Source: an uncultured archaeon (GTDB lineage Archaea > Aenigmatarchaeota > Aenigmatarchaeia > GW2011-AR5). Taken from it: a stretch of DNA of 64,000 nt. The notes below the pieces were generated by a model. That model made no database searches. It was not told the DNA's origin and worked only from the letters and a program-made list of their open reading frames with translations. Location: NCBI GenBank assembly GCA_964373695.1, contig CAYJVT010000001.1, forward strand, positions 37,773 to 101,772, given 5' to 3'. Each line of letters opens with the position of its first letter. Position 1 is the stretch's first letter. Position numbers and translations under genes: made by a program. Below are positions 10,791 through 20,307 of this stretch, piece after piece.

Positions 10791-11704
10791 ACTATCTGTC
10801 TTCTTTGGGATTCAGAGACCTGACAATATATTTGGGCACTGCTGTCAGTATCGGAAGCCAATCGCTTTTGGACGCGAATAGGCATCTTTTTTCAGAGGAT
10901 TTTGAAATGAAACCTGACGGTTCGATGGTTGGCGTTCTTGACAAAACAAGCGATGTGGCCATTGCAGCATATCTTAATTCTACTCCTGCAACTGAAGCCT
11001 GCAGATTCAGGTCAGAGGAAGGGATGGAATTCAGGCAGCCGTCTGAATATGAATATGGGGCAATAATAGACCCTTTGGACGGAAGCATAAATCCACGAAT
11101 AGGCGGGACAAACTTGCACTACATCGGAGTGGGCGGGGCTATTCACCAAAAGCCCGATGATGAACAGGTTGCTGCGGCAGCCTGTCTGCCTTTTGATGAC
11201 GATGCCTTGTACGTGACGGAATGGGGAAAAGGAGTCTATAGAGTAACAAATACTGATGGAGATTTTCAGTCAAGAAAATTGACGGTACCTGAGAAGCCTG
11301 CCCAGACAAATACTTTTATACAGTCAGGATGGCGGACTCCTTACACAAGAAAGGCGGAGGAAGCGCTTCACAGAAGCGGATTTTACGAGGAACTTGACTT
11401 CAACGCAGGCGACACGGTGACTGCCGGTATCTTCCAGACAATTTCCGGTATAAGGGATTACAGACAGGTCGTGATTAATATCGCGGCTACGCATCAGGCG
11501 GATTTTTGCTATCTGTTCCTTAAGGAAACAGGTATGAATCCCATAGCAAACGACGGCAGACCGATACATTCACAGGCATGCGCTATGCTTTCCGTATCGC
11601 CATCATACAGCAAAGATGCAAGTAGGCTTAAAGGAAAATTTGTCGAAGCTTTGCATGATTACAGCGGCCATAACAACACCGGCATGCAGCGCGTCTGCGA
11701 CTAA
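10769..11704 (+). CDS. Inositol monophosphatase/FBPase (FIG) superfamily phosphatase, divergent
   Basis: K.DGSMV..LDK.SD, SEEG and IIDPLDGSIN metal-binding motifs. The C-terminal half is divergent. Alternative start at 10784. Confidence 0.7.
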   Translation: MQAARMEDYLSSLGFRDLTIYLGTAVSIGSQSLLDANRHLFSEDFEMKPDGSMVGVLDKTSDVAIAAYLNSTPATEACRFRSEEGMEFRQPSEYEYGAIIDPLDGSINPRIGGTNLHYIGVGGAIHQKPDDEQVAAAACLPFDDDALYVTEWGKGVYRVTNTDGDFQSRKLTVPEKPAQTNTFIQSGWRTPYTRKAEEALHRSGFYEELDFNAGDTVTAGIFQTISGIRDYRQVVINIAATHQADFCYLFLKETGMNPIANDGRPIHSQACAMLSVSPSYSKDASRLKGKFVEALHDYSGHNNTGMQRVCD

Positions 11705-11734
11705 TCATTTAAGCCTTTTTCTCATACGTAAAGC

Positions 11735-12379
11735 ATGCCAGGTCTCATAATACAGCACCGCGTCAACAATATAGGCGCGCTCCGCAAGATACAACCAAAA
11801 TACGGCGTGGAGATAGACATCCGTCACGACAACAGGACAGGCAGCCTGTATCTGAACCATGACCCGGGAGAGGGCGACGACTTCTTTGAATATTTGGATG
11901 TTTTCGCGGAGCAGGGCAACCGCTTCGCTATATTCAACCCGAAAGAAATCGGCATTGAGCAGCGAATAATAGAAGCTGCCAAGGAACGCGGCATTGAGGA
12001 CTACTTCCTTCTCGACCTTGAATTCCCTTTCATATATCGTGCCGCTCAAGGCGGCGTGCCAAACATCGGCAAACGCATCGCCATCCGCTATTCAGAGGCC
12101 GAGCCTTTGGAGCAGGCAATGCTGCTCAAAGGCAGGTTTGACTGGGTATTCGTCGACGTCAACACTCGCCTGCCGCTCGACAAAAAAATATGCAATATGC
12201 TTGATGAAGCAGGCTTCAGGACCTGCATCGTATGCCCGTCGCGCTGGAAGCGTCCTGATGACATACCAAAGTTCATAGAGCAGATGAAGAAAGAAGGCAT
12301 AAAGATAGACGCTGTCATGACCAAGGACCCGTATGCAGAACAGTGGGAGAACAGCGGCGTTGTGAGGCCGTTCAAATGA
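11735..12379 (+). CDS. GDPD/PI-PLC-like phosphodiesterase-fold protein of the type found in polysaccharide loci
   Basis: IIQHRVNN...YGVEIDIR...LYLNHDP, N.KE, and FLLD motifs. Confidence 0.7.
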   Translation: MPGLIIQHRVNNIGALRKIQPKYGVEIDIRHDNRTGSLYLNHDPGEGDDFFEYLDVFAEQGNRFAIFNPKEIGIEQRIIEAAKERGIEDYFLLDLEFPFIYRAAQGGVPNIGKRIAIRYSEAEPLEQAMLLKGRFDWVFVDVNTRLPLDKKICNMLDEAGFRTCIVCPSRWKRPDDIPKFIEQMKKEGIKIDAVMTKDPYAEQWENSGVVRPFK

Positions 12380-13203
12380 CAAACCTCGTCCCGATGGCAG
12401 GGCTCGGGAAGCGCTTCTCTGACGAAGGCTACAGCTTGCCGAAGCCGCTGATACCAGTGTCAGGCAGGCCGATGATAGTGCAGGCAATAAGGAGCATGCC
12501 TTCTGACAAGGATTGGGTTTTCGTGTGCAGGAAGGAGCACATAGAAAAATATCATGTTGACAAAATCCTCATGAAGGAAGCGCCTTCCTGTAAAATCATT
12601 GCCGTTGACAAAACGACAGAAGGACAGGCATCCACATGCCTCCTCGCAAAGGGCTTCATAGACATGGAAAAGCCGCTTTTCATAGGCGCGTGCGACAACG
12701 GCATGGTATTCGACAGGGAGAAATGGAAAAAGCTTACTTCTGACAAGAGTATAGACGCAATAATTCTGACATTCACGAGGCAGCCCAACATGACAAGAAA
12801 TCCCAAGGCGTGGGGCTGGGTTGTTAATGACAATGGCGTTGTGCGGGATATATCTGTAAAAGTGCCTGTGAGCGACGACCCTTTCAACGACCACGCCGTC
12901 GTGGGCTCGTTCTGGTTCCGCACCGGCCAGGTATTCGTTGACGCGGCGGAGCAGATGATAGCCTCCAACAAGCGCACGAACAACGAGTTCTATGTCGATT
13001 CTGTGCCCATGGAAATCATCGCGAACGGCGGCAAGGTCATGATATTCGACCTGAAGCAGTACATAGGATGGGGAACCCCCATAGACCTCCGCGAGTACGA
13101 GCATTGGGAATCTGCCATATTGAAGGGCGCCTCAGAGCAAGACAGGAAATCCGATTTTTACGGCTTCTGGAAGGATTATTTCACGAAAAACATGATAAGA
13201 TGA
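12376..13203 (+). CDS. Nucleotidyltransferase-fold (GT-A/NTP_transferase) protein, type B
   Basis: MTNLVPMAGLGKRF..GY.LPKPLI, TEGQASTC, CDNG, NNEFYV, WGTP. The start is placed at the ATGA overlap with the upstream stop. Confidence 0.85.
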   Translation: MTNLVPMAGLGKRFSDEGYSLPKPLIPVSGRPMIVQAIRSMPSDKDWVFVCRKEHIEKYHVDKILMKEAPSCKIIAVDKTTEGQASTCLLAKGFIDMEKPLFIGACDNGMVFDREKWKKLTSDKSIDAIILTFTRQPNMTRNPKAWGWVVNDNGVVRDISVKVPVSDDPFNDHAVVGSFWFRTGQVFVDAAEQMIASNKRTNNEFYVDSVPMEIIANGGKVMIFDLKQYIGWGTPIDLREYEHWESAILKGASEQDRKSDFYGFWKDYFTKNMIR

Positions 13204-13246
13204 GCGCCCTGCCAAAAGTTAAATAAACTTGATTTAATGTGGTCAA

Positions 13247-15727
13247 ATGGGGCTCGTGGAAAGGCTTGAAGCGGGCGACAGGATAGGAAGCCAGTTTTCA
13301 AGGTTCGTCGTCATAGGCGGCATAAGCACGCTGATAAACTACGCCGTTTTCCTCGTCCTGTATGCCATGCTTTCCGTAAACTACCTTGTCGCGTCAGCCG
13401 CCGGCTACGTGGTCGGCGCCGTCTTTGGATATTACTTCAACGCCCGCCTGACCTTCAGGAGCAGGCCCGGCCTCAGCGTGATGCCCTATTTTGCCGTATA
13501 CCTGTTCTCGCTGGTGGCGGGTCTTGGGGTGCTGAGGTTCTTCTCTGTGTCGGCCGGCATAGAGCCGCTGTTTTCAAACGTGATTTCAATAGCGTTCACG
13601 GCGGCGGCCAACTTCCTGGGGTGCAGGTATCTGGTTTTCGGCGGCCTGAAAATACCTTCGGTATTCAAAAGTAAGGCATTCCTGTCTGTGCTTGCCTTAA
13701 AGATAATTTTCGCCTTTCTTTTAGCCTCGGACTTCATGACGCAGCTCTTCATACCGTTTGTGCAATATTTCGTCGGGAACCCGCTTTCAAATCCCTACCA
13801 GCATTTCATCGACATAGGCAACGTGAAGGCGTTCCCGTACCCCCCATTCATGCTCCTGGTAGTCTCCGTCCCGTACATGCTGTTTGGCGTCTTCAGCGGG
13901 CCGTTTTTTGAGCTTTTCGCGATGCGTATACCGCTTCTGGCGGCCGACATAGCGATATTCTACGTTCTGTACAGGATTCTGGACGGGAAGAAGGTGATGC
14001 TCCTCTACTGGGCGTCCCCTGTGGTGTTCTACATAACGTATATCCACGGCCAGCTCGACATAATACCCGTGGCGCTCCTGTTCCTGTCAGCCTATTTCCT
14101 CAAAGGCCGTCAGTACGTGAAATCCGCGGCCCTCCTGGGCGCCGGCATCGCGGCGAAGTCGTTTGTCTTCGTGGCGCTTCCTCTTTACCTCGCTTACCTG
14201 ATAAAGAAAAAAATCCGCTGGATAGGGACGGCTGCATTTTTCGCCATTTCCCTGGGGATGTATGCCGCCTTCCTCGTGCCCTTTGTCTTCAGCGAAGGCT
14301 TCGTCCGCATGGTATTCGGCGCCGAGGAGCAGTTCAGGCTGTTCAATCTTTCGGTGGATTTAACCCTTGGCCTGGTCTATTACATAGTTCCTGCAGCCTA
14401 TGCATACATACTTTTCAAGGCATTCTCCTTCAAGAGGATGACGAGTGACATGCTGTTCGTCCTTCTGGGCATGACCCTTACATTTCTTGTCACGTTCATA
14501 CATCCTGAGCGCGGCTGGTATATGTGGGCTATCCCGTTCGTAATCTATTTTCTGGTGAAGGAGAGGATAAGCGTATGGATTTACTCGGCTTTCAATGCCG
14601 CGTACCTCCTTTACTTCCTTTTCGTTCCGGACTCGGACGTGTTCCGCGTATTCCAGGTGGTGTGGCCATCTATATCATCACTGATGACGCCGTACTACAT
14701 GCTGGTTTCCGCAGGAATCCCATCGGACATACTGGTCAACGTCCTGTTCACCGCCATGACGTCGGCGCTGCTTTACCTTACGTACATAATCTACAGGAGG
14801 GGCGTCAGAAGCGGTCTGCTGTTCCAGGAGAAGAACGGAATACCGATAATAGGGATAGGAGGCGACTCAGGCTCCGGCAAGACCACCCTTGCGAAGACTC
14901 TTTCGGAACTGTTTGGCAGGGAGCGCGTGACGACTGTATACGGGGATGACATACACAGATGGGAGAGAAAAGACAGTAACTGGGAAAAGTATACGCATCT
15001 CAACCCTGCCGGAAACAGAATTTACCTGAATTACAGGCAGATAAGGAAGCTGAAGGGCGGCGCCACGATAAGCAGGCCGCATTACGACCACGGCACCGGG
15101 AAATTCACTTCCCCGTCCAGTATAAAGCCGAGAGACATAATAATCTCCGAAGGCCTCCATACGTTTTTCATCAGCGAATCCAATAGCATCTACGAAATAA
15201 AGGCTTTCCTTGACCCCGATCCATCATTAAGAGTTCTGTGGAAGCTCAGGCGTGATATGAAGCTCAGGGGATACTCAAAGAAGGAGGTAATGAAGAAACT
15301 TGGGCAAAGAAGGCGCGACTCAGACAGGTTCATCGCGCCGCAGAAGATGTATGCCGACATGGTGATTTCTTACATGCCTGAAGGGAAGGTGAGCTTTTCC
15401 GACATTGAAAATGACGTTCCTGTAAGGCTGCAGATCGACGTGAAGAACGACATACCGCTCGAAGGTTTTCTGGAGGCTGCGTCCGGAATAAAATCTCTCG
15501 GCATAGAGATGGAATACCATGACCACAGATTCCAGCGCATGGTGTTCAGGGGCGGCGCTTCGGTGGAAGATATTGGAAATCTGCTGAACTCCCTTGACAT
15601 AGATTACGAAACGTACGAAATAGACAGGAACGGAATCAGGGGCGGGTTCGACGGCATTTTACAGGTTATTTTCCTTTATTGCCTCAACGAAAGGCTCAAG
15701 GTGCTGGGTGGTGGCGGCGATGAATGA
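13247..15727 (+). CDS. Fusion protein: GtrA flippase-like domain + GT-C (GT87/PIG-M-like) membrane domain + phosphoribulokinase/uridine kinase-like domain
   Basis: Residues ~10-130 are GtrA-like (QFSRFVVIGGISTLINY...NARLTF...NFLGCRYLVF). Residues ~140-520 are polytopic with FPYPP, RIPLLAAD, HGQLDIIP, AAKSF and PERGWYMW. Residues ~530-826 carry IIGIGGDSGSGKTT, GDDIHRWER, YDHGTGKF, EGLH, WKLRRDMKLRGY and PQKMYAD, which match archaeal/cyanobacterial-type PRK motifs. Confidence 0.85.
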   Translation: MGLVERLEAGDRIGSQFSRFVVIGGISTLINYAVFLVLYAMLSVNYLVASAAGYVVGAVFGYYFNARLTFRSRPGLSVMPYFAVYLFSLVAGLGVLRFFSVSAGIEPLFSNVISIAFTAAANFLGCRYLVFGGLKIPSVFKSKAFLSVLALKIIFAFLLASDFMTQLFIPFVQYFVGNPLSNPYQHFIDIGNVKAFPYPPFMLLVVSVPYMLFGVFSGPFFELFAMRIPLLAADIAIFYVLYRILDGKKVMLLYWASPVVFYITYIHGQLDIIPVALLFLSAYFLKGRQYVKSAALLGAGIAAKSFVFVALPLYLAYLIKKKIRWIGTAAFFAISLGMYAAFLVPFVFSEGFVRMVFGAEEQFRLFNLSVDLTLGLVYYIVPAAYAYILFKAFSFKRMTSDMLFVLLGMTLTFLVTFIHPERGWYMWAIPFVIYFLVKERISVWIYSAFNAAYLLYFLFVPDSDVFRVFQVVWPSISSLMTPYYMLVSAGIPSDILVNVLFTAMTSALLYLTYIIYRRGVRSGLLFQEKNGIPIIGIGGDSGSGKTTLAKTLSELFGRERVTTVYGDDIHRWERKDSNWEKYTHLNPAGNRIYLNYRQIRKLKGGATISRPHYDHGTGKFTSPSSIKPRDIIISEGLHTFFISESNSIYEIKAFLDPDPSLRVLWKLRRDMKLRGYSKKEVMKKLGQRRRDSDRFIAPQKMYADMVISYMPEGKVSFSDIENDVPVRLQIDVKNDIPLEGFLEAASGIKSLGIEMEYHDHRFQRMVFRGGASVEDIGNLLNSLDIDYETYEIDRNGIRGGFDGILQVIFLYCLNERLKVLGGGGDE

Positions 15728-16652
15728 ACTTGAATGGCTCGTAAAGACCTCAGGGAATATCGGAAGCGACCCAAGGCTTGTCCAGGGCACCGGGGGCAAC
15801 CTGTCAGTGAAGCTCGGCGGAAAGATGATGATAAAATCCTCCGGGGTCAGAATGGATGCTGTCAGTAACGGCAGCGGATGGAGCGTCGTCGACCACGGGA
15901 AGATAGCCGGCATATATTCAAGAAGATTAACAGAGGAAGACGCCGGGAGGGTTTTGGAAGAAGCCATTATCGAAGGCTCAAAGCCCTCGATAGAGACGGG
16001 GTTTCACTCGTTTCTTGAAAAATACGTCATTCACGTCCACCCTGTCCATCTTAATGTCATTCTGTGCTGTGAAAAAAGCGCTGAAATTATGTCCGAAATT
16101 TTCTCGCCGGACGAATTCACCTGGGTTCCTTATACCAAGGTAGGCCACAGACTGGCAGCAGAGATAAAAGACCGCGGCCATGACAGAGGGATTATATTCC
16201 TGGAAAATCACGGTGTGATAATATCATCAGACAGCCCCAAGGACTGCACAGAAATTCTTTCGTCTGTCGAGGAGCGTGTAAGAAAATACCTAGAGTCAAA
16301 AATCCGGCCGTTCGAGCCGTTTTCATATACGATACCAAGGGAAGCGGAAGGCTGCTATGTCAGCACTTCCGAAGCGGTTCTGCGCGGCAGGTCGGGAATT
16401 TTCTCCGGCTTTCTTTTCCCTGACGCCGTCGTCTTCTCCTTGCCGGAAAAGATAAAAGCTGACGCCAAGGGCGTAACGTATTTAATGGATTATGCGAATG
16501 CTGTAAACGTTGATGGCGTGCTGGCGGCTCATGCATACATAAAGGAAAATGCCGCAAAGCTCGGCATGCTGAAATACCTCACGGAAATGGAAATCAGCGA
16601 CATAATAGGCATGGAATCTGAAAAATACAGGAGAAAGATGGTTGGATTATGA
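15720..16652 (+). CDS. Class II aldolase/adducin family protein (RhaD N-terminal-like)
   Basis: LVQGTGGNLSVK, IKSSG, PSIETGFH, VIHVHP and LENHG zinc/phosphate motifs. ATG at 15720 overlaps the upstream gene end. Confidence 0.85.
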   Translation: MNELEWLVKTSGNIGSDPRLVQGTGGNLSVKLGGKMMIKSSGVRMDAVSNGSGWSVVDHGKIAGIYSRRLTEEDAGRVLEEAIIEGSKPSIETGFHSFLEKYVIHVHPVHLNVILCCEKSAEIMSEIFSPDEFTWVPYTKVGHRLAAEIKDRGHDRGIIFLENHGVIISSDSPKDCTEILSSVEERVRKYLESKIRPFEPFSYTIPREAEGCYVSTSEAVLRGRSGIFSGFLFPDAVVFSLPEKIKADAKGVTYLMDYANAVNVDGVLAAHAYIKENAAKLGMLKYLTEMEISDIIGMESEKYRRKMVGL

Positions 16653-17518
16653 AAGTGATAATACCGGCGGCCGGGATTGGCCAGAGATTTCTGGATGCCG
16701 GATATAAAAAACCGAAGCCGCTGATACTCGCCGACGGCATCCCGTTTGCCAGGCATGTGGCAAATATGTTTTCCCCTAGCGATGAGTTTGTTTTCGTGTG
16801 CAATGAAGAGCACCTGAAAACGACGGAGATGCGCAGCGTCGTCGAAAGCGTCGGCCGCATAGTTTCCATAAAGCCCCACTCCCTCGGCCCTGTGCACAGC
16901 GTTCTTGCCGCCTCTGACCTCATAGAGGAAGATGAGCCTGTGATGGTCTGCTACTGCGATTTCTACGAATGGTGGGATTATCAGCATTTCAAAGATACAG
17001 TGAAAGAAAGCGGATGCGACGCGGCCGTCACCGCGTACACCGGATTCCACCCCCACCTTCTGGGCACCGGCCTATACGCCTCGATGAAAGTGGAAAACGG
17101 CTGGATGCTGGAATGCAGGGAGAAGCACAGCTTTACGGAGGACAAGATGGACAGCTTCCACCAGACTGGAAAGTTTTACTTCTCCACCGGAAGCATTTTG
17201 AAAAGGTTCTTCAGTGATATAAAGGAAAGGAACCTCGTAGTGAACGGTGAATTCTACATCAGCGTCGTGACGCAGGCGATGGTGGAGGCGGGCCTGAAGG
17301 TGATGGTATATCCGGTGGAGCATTTCCTCCAGTGGGGCACGCCGCAGGAGCTGGAGGAATACACGCAGTGGTCAGGGTACTTCTCGGGCAAGAACGGGTT
17401 GCCGGAGGCTTTCGACGAAAGGAGCTTAGGATACTGGGAATCGTTCTTCAGGAAATGCCCGTGGCATCCGTACGGAAAAGGTGGGGCTCATGATAAAGGG
17501 GATTATGCTAGACCTTGA
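16649..17518 (+). CDS. Nucleotidyltransferase-fold protein, type A
   Basis: MKVIIPAAGIGQRF..AGYKKPKPLI, GPVHSV, YCDF, GFHPHLL, NGEFYIS, QWGTPQELEEY. Confidence 0.85.
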   Translation: MKVIIPAAGIGQRFLDAGYKKPKPLILADGIPFARHVANMFSPSDEFVFVCNEEHLKTTEMRSVVESVGRIVSIKPHSLGPVHSVLAASDLIEEDEPVMVCYCDFYEWWDYQHFKDTVKESGCDAAVTAYTGFHPHLLGTGLYASMKVENGWMLECREKHSFTEDKMDSFHQTGKFYFSTGSILKRFFSDIKERNLVVNGEFYISVVTQAMVEAGLKVMVYPVEHFLQWGTPQELEEYTQWSGYFSGKNGLPEAFDERSLGYWESFFRKCPWHPYGKGGAHDKGDYARP

Positions 17519-18149
17519 CAACACCCTCTATGACTATGAAACCTGCAATGAATACGCAAAATACGAGCTTTTCCGCAAAATCGAGGGCGATATGGGCGTT
17601 GCCGGCGCCGAAAAGGCGTTCGACGAAGCAAGAAAATCCGTGAAGAAGTCTCTTGAGAAGACGGCGGCCGGCCATTCGCGCCTTCTTTACATAGGGAAGG
17701 CGCTAGAGGCCCTTGGCATAAGCGCACTCCATTCGGTGCGCTATCATGATTTTTTCTGGGAAAAATATTTCGAGAAAATGGAGCTTTTCGAGAGCGTCGC
17801 GGATTTTCTCGAGCATGCAAAAAATTCCGGGATGAAAATCTGCATAGTCACGGACCTCACCGCCGAAATCCAGATGAAGAAAATAATCCACCTCGGGATA
17901 GAAGGCTATGTAGATTTTATCGTGTCGTCTGAGGAGGTGGGTGAAGATAAGCCGTCATCGAAGGTGTTCTGCATGGCCCTAGAGAAGATGGGTATGAAAA
18001 AGGAGGATGTTGTTATGGTGGGGGACGACGAGGAAAAGGACATAAAAGGCGCGGAAAATGCAGGCATCCGTGCGGTGAAGGCGGACCCTTCCATCTTTGC
18101 ATCCGGGAGGCTCGTGGAAATCCTGCAGGCGGCGGATAGGTTTAAGTAA
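17490..18149 (+). CDS. HAD-family phosphatase
   Basis: MLDLDNTLY (motif I), IVTD, EDKP, MVGDDEEKDI. An AGGTGG RBS precedes the ATG at 17490. Confidence 0.9.
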   Translation: MIKGIMLDLDNTLYDYETCNEYAKYELFRKIEGDMGVAGAEKAFDEARKSVKKSLEKTAAGHSRLLYIGKALEALGISALHSVRYHDFFWEKYFEKMELFESVADFLEHAKNSGMKICIVTDLTAEIQMKKIIHLGIEGYVDFIVSSEEVGEDKPSSKVFCMALEKMGMKKEDVVMVGDDEEKDIKGAENAGIRAVKADPSIFASGRLVEILQAADRFK

Positions 18150-18171
18150 ATTTTTTGCGTATCTTTGGAAT

Positions 18172-18801
18172 ATGATACTGCTCCCGAAGCTCAGGCTCGG
18201 CGTAACCGCATTTTCGGGCCCAGAATCCGTGGAAGCGATAAGTAAAATGGGGGTCAGGCATGTGAACATCCCTTCATCTCTCCTGAATGCTGACAACGCC
18301 GGTGCCTACATGGAGAACGCCAAAAAATTCAATATCACAATCGAGGCCGTGTGCACCGGCGGCTCGGATAATTTCGCGGAGCTGGCGGCAGCCGTGGGAG
18401 CGAAGGCACTGTGCATAGCCTTGGATGACATAAGCCTTATCGGAGCCGTTTCGGACAGCGCCAAGAGCACAGGACTTAATTATCTGATATGGGAACCTGC
18501 AGGCATCGGTATGGAAGACTGTAAAAGGACTCTGACAGACATCAGCAAGACGTCTGCCATTCCTGTGAAGCTCGCACTCTCTCTCGAGTCGGATAACATC
18601 TACGAGATGTCGAGAATTATAGGAAAGGACGCCATGATAATCATAAGGAGGAAGGAAGACATTGCAATACTCGGGAAGGTTATCGACAGCCTGAGAACGG
18701 GTGGCTCTAGGGAAAACATGATAATGCTGGATATGCCTTCGGCAGCCATTGACAGCCTCGAGACCTCGGTGGACTACTGTAGGAGTTTCGTCAGAGAGTG
18801 A
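18172..18801 (+). CDS. Degenerate, shortened TIM-barrel paralog of the downstream EryC-like gene
   Basis: LNYLIWEP, IPVKLAL, GKDAMII and SVDYCRSFVRE align with CLTFEH, IPILLCL, GKDAPIL and SVNFWKPYADE of 18798..19706. Probable start is the ATG at 18172. Confidence 0.55.
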   Translation: MILLPKLRLGVTAFSGPESVEAISKMGVRHVNIPSSLLNADNAGAYMENAKKFNITIEAVCTGGSDNFAELAAAVGAKALCIALDDISLIGAVSDSAKSTGLNYLIWEPAGIGMEDCKRTLTDISKTSAIPVKLALSLESDNIYEMSRIIGKDAMIIIRRKEDIAILGKVIDSLRTGGSRENMIMLDMPSAAIDSLETSVDYCRSFVRE

Positions 18802-19706
18802 AATTAATGACAAAAATCAAATTCGGCACTGACCTTGACTTTGCGGTTAACAGGTATCCGGAGCCTGAGGAATGGGCACGCGTCCTGTCGGAAGAGCTTG
18901 GCGTCAGGCATGCCCAGTTCCGCTCCGACCTCATCCAGCCGCATTTTTCCGATGAAATAATAAATGAGCAGGCTGAAAGGGTAAGAGCCGCATGCAAGGA
19001 ATACGGAATCAGGCTGGAGCATGCGTTCACCAGCCAGAGATGGGCCTACTGCGGCCATCCTGACGCAAAAATAAGGGAATACTGGCACTGGTGGCTGAAG
19101 CGCTATTCTGATATTGCTGCAAAAGTCGGTGCGCGGAGCGCAGGAAGCCGCCTCGGCATATACAGCATGAAAGACCTTTCAACAAGGAAGGAGTTCATTC
19201 TAAAGGAGATAATGAGTTTCTGGAAGAAATGGGCATCTTATTCGAAGAAGGCCGGCCTTGACTGCCTGACATTCGAGCATCTCTCAATCCCGAGGGAGCT
19301 TGCCGACACGATAGAAGGCGCAAGACAGGTGCTTGACATGGCAAAGGGCTCCGAAATTCCAATCCTGTTGTGCCTTGACACCGACCAAGGAAATGTGATG
19401 TCCGGAAACCCGAAGGATGGCGACCCGTACGAATGGCTCAGGGAATTCGGCAAAGACGCGCCTATCCTGCACCTCAAACAGAGAATAAGAGGCAACGCCT
19501 CGTCTGGCAAGCCGTTCACGCCCGAAAACAACAAGGAAGGAATGATAATACCGGAGAAAGTCGTGGAAGCACTTGAAGAAAGCGGAGCGAAGGAAGTCAA
19601 CCTTTACCTTGAGCCTTCATTCCGCGAACGCCTGCCGCAGGACAACAACGTAATCAGTGACCTCAGGCAGTCGGTCAACTTCTGGAAGCCTTACGCCGAC
19701 GAATAG
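18798..19706 (+). CDS. EryC-like sugar-phosphate 3-epimerase (xylose-isomerase/AP-endonuclease-2 TIM barrel)
   Basis: VNRYPEP, GHPD..IR.YW..W, FEHLSIPRE, DTDQG.V.S.NP.D.DPY.W, ILHLKQ, PFT...N.EG.I.PE, LE.SFRER.P.D, SVNFW. This follows the pattern of Brucella EryC (D-erythrulose-1-P 3-epimerase) as recalled. Confidence 0.75.
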   Translation: MKLMTKIKFGTDLDFAVNRYPEPEEWARVLSEELGVRHAQFRSDLIQPHFSDEIINEQAERVRAACKEYGIRLEHAFTSQRWAYCGHPDAKIREYWHWWLKRYSDIAAKVGARSAGSRLGIYSMKDLSTRKEFILKEIMSFWKKWASYSKKAGLDCLTFEHLSIPRELADTIEGARQVLDMAKGSEIPILLCLDTDQGNVMSGNPKDGDPYEWLREFGKDAPILHLKQRIRGNASSGKPFTPENNKEGMIIPEKVVEALEESGAKEVNLYLEPSFRERLPQDNNVISDLRQSVNFWKPYADE

Positions 19707-19734
19707 CTCAAAGCCTATGAAACGTCTGTCATGC

Positions 19735-20307
19735 TCACTCCAGATTCGCGTGGTATTTCCACAGCTCTTCGCCGGGAATGCTTTTCCTGCCTTGTATCAT
19801 CAAAGATACTATGTCCCCGAATACGTGGAGTGACTGGTCAAAGAGCGTGCTCATGGGCTGTATAGACTTCACGCCTTCCTGCATATTGGTCTTCGTCGGG
19901 CATTTCAGGTGGACGCACATGTCTGCAAGAGATTTTATTGTGGATTGCTCCGAAGATGTAATGAGAGCCAGCTTGGCGTTGTGCTTCTTCGCTATCTGCG
20001 ATATTGTGACAGGAACCTTGCTCTCGCCTGAGCCGCTGGCGACTATGAGGAGATCGCGCGGCGTTATGGCCTTTTCTGCGACGGAGCCGACGACGTGGCA
20101 GTCTATGCCCAAATGGCTTAAGCGCTTTGCCATGCACTGCAAGGAAAGGAATACGCGGCCGACTGCTATGAAGAATACTTTCTCGGCTCTCAGTATTTCT
20201 TCCACTAGCGCATCCACTTCGTTTGTATCGACCATTTTCGTTACGCTGTATATCTCGTCCAGGACAGACACTGTGAACTTGCTGTATTCGTGCTCCATAA
20301 ACATCAC
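19735..20307 (-). CDS. SIS-domain sugar-phosphate isomerase, 6-phospho-3-hexuloisomerase (HxlB/PHI)-like
   Basis: VGRVFL...AKRL.HLG, ASGSGES, QPMSTLFDQS and a C-terminal HANLE. Confidence 0.85.
   Translation of the reverse strand: MMFMEHEYSKFTVSVLDEIYSVTKMVDTNEVDALVEEILRAEKVFFIAVGRVFLSLQCMAKRLSHLGIDCHVVGSVAEKAITPRDLLIVASGSGESKVPVTISQIAKKHNAKLALITSSEQSTIKSLADMCVHLKCPTKTNMQEGVKSIQPMSTLFDQSLHVFGDIVSLMIQGRKSIPGEELWKYHANLE

Noticed and set aside
13247-20307. PRK + HxlB as a reductive hexulose-phosphate or Calvin carbon-fixation module
   Set aside because: No RuBisCO or hexulose-phosphate synthase is in the window, and the PRK domain is fused to membrane glycosylation domains.
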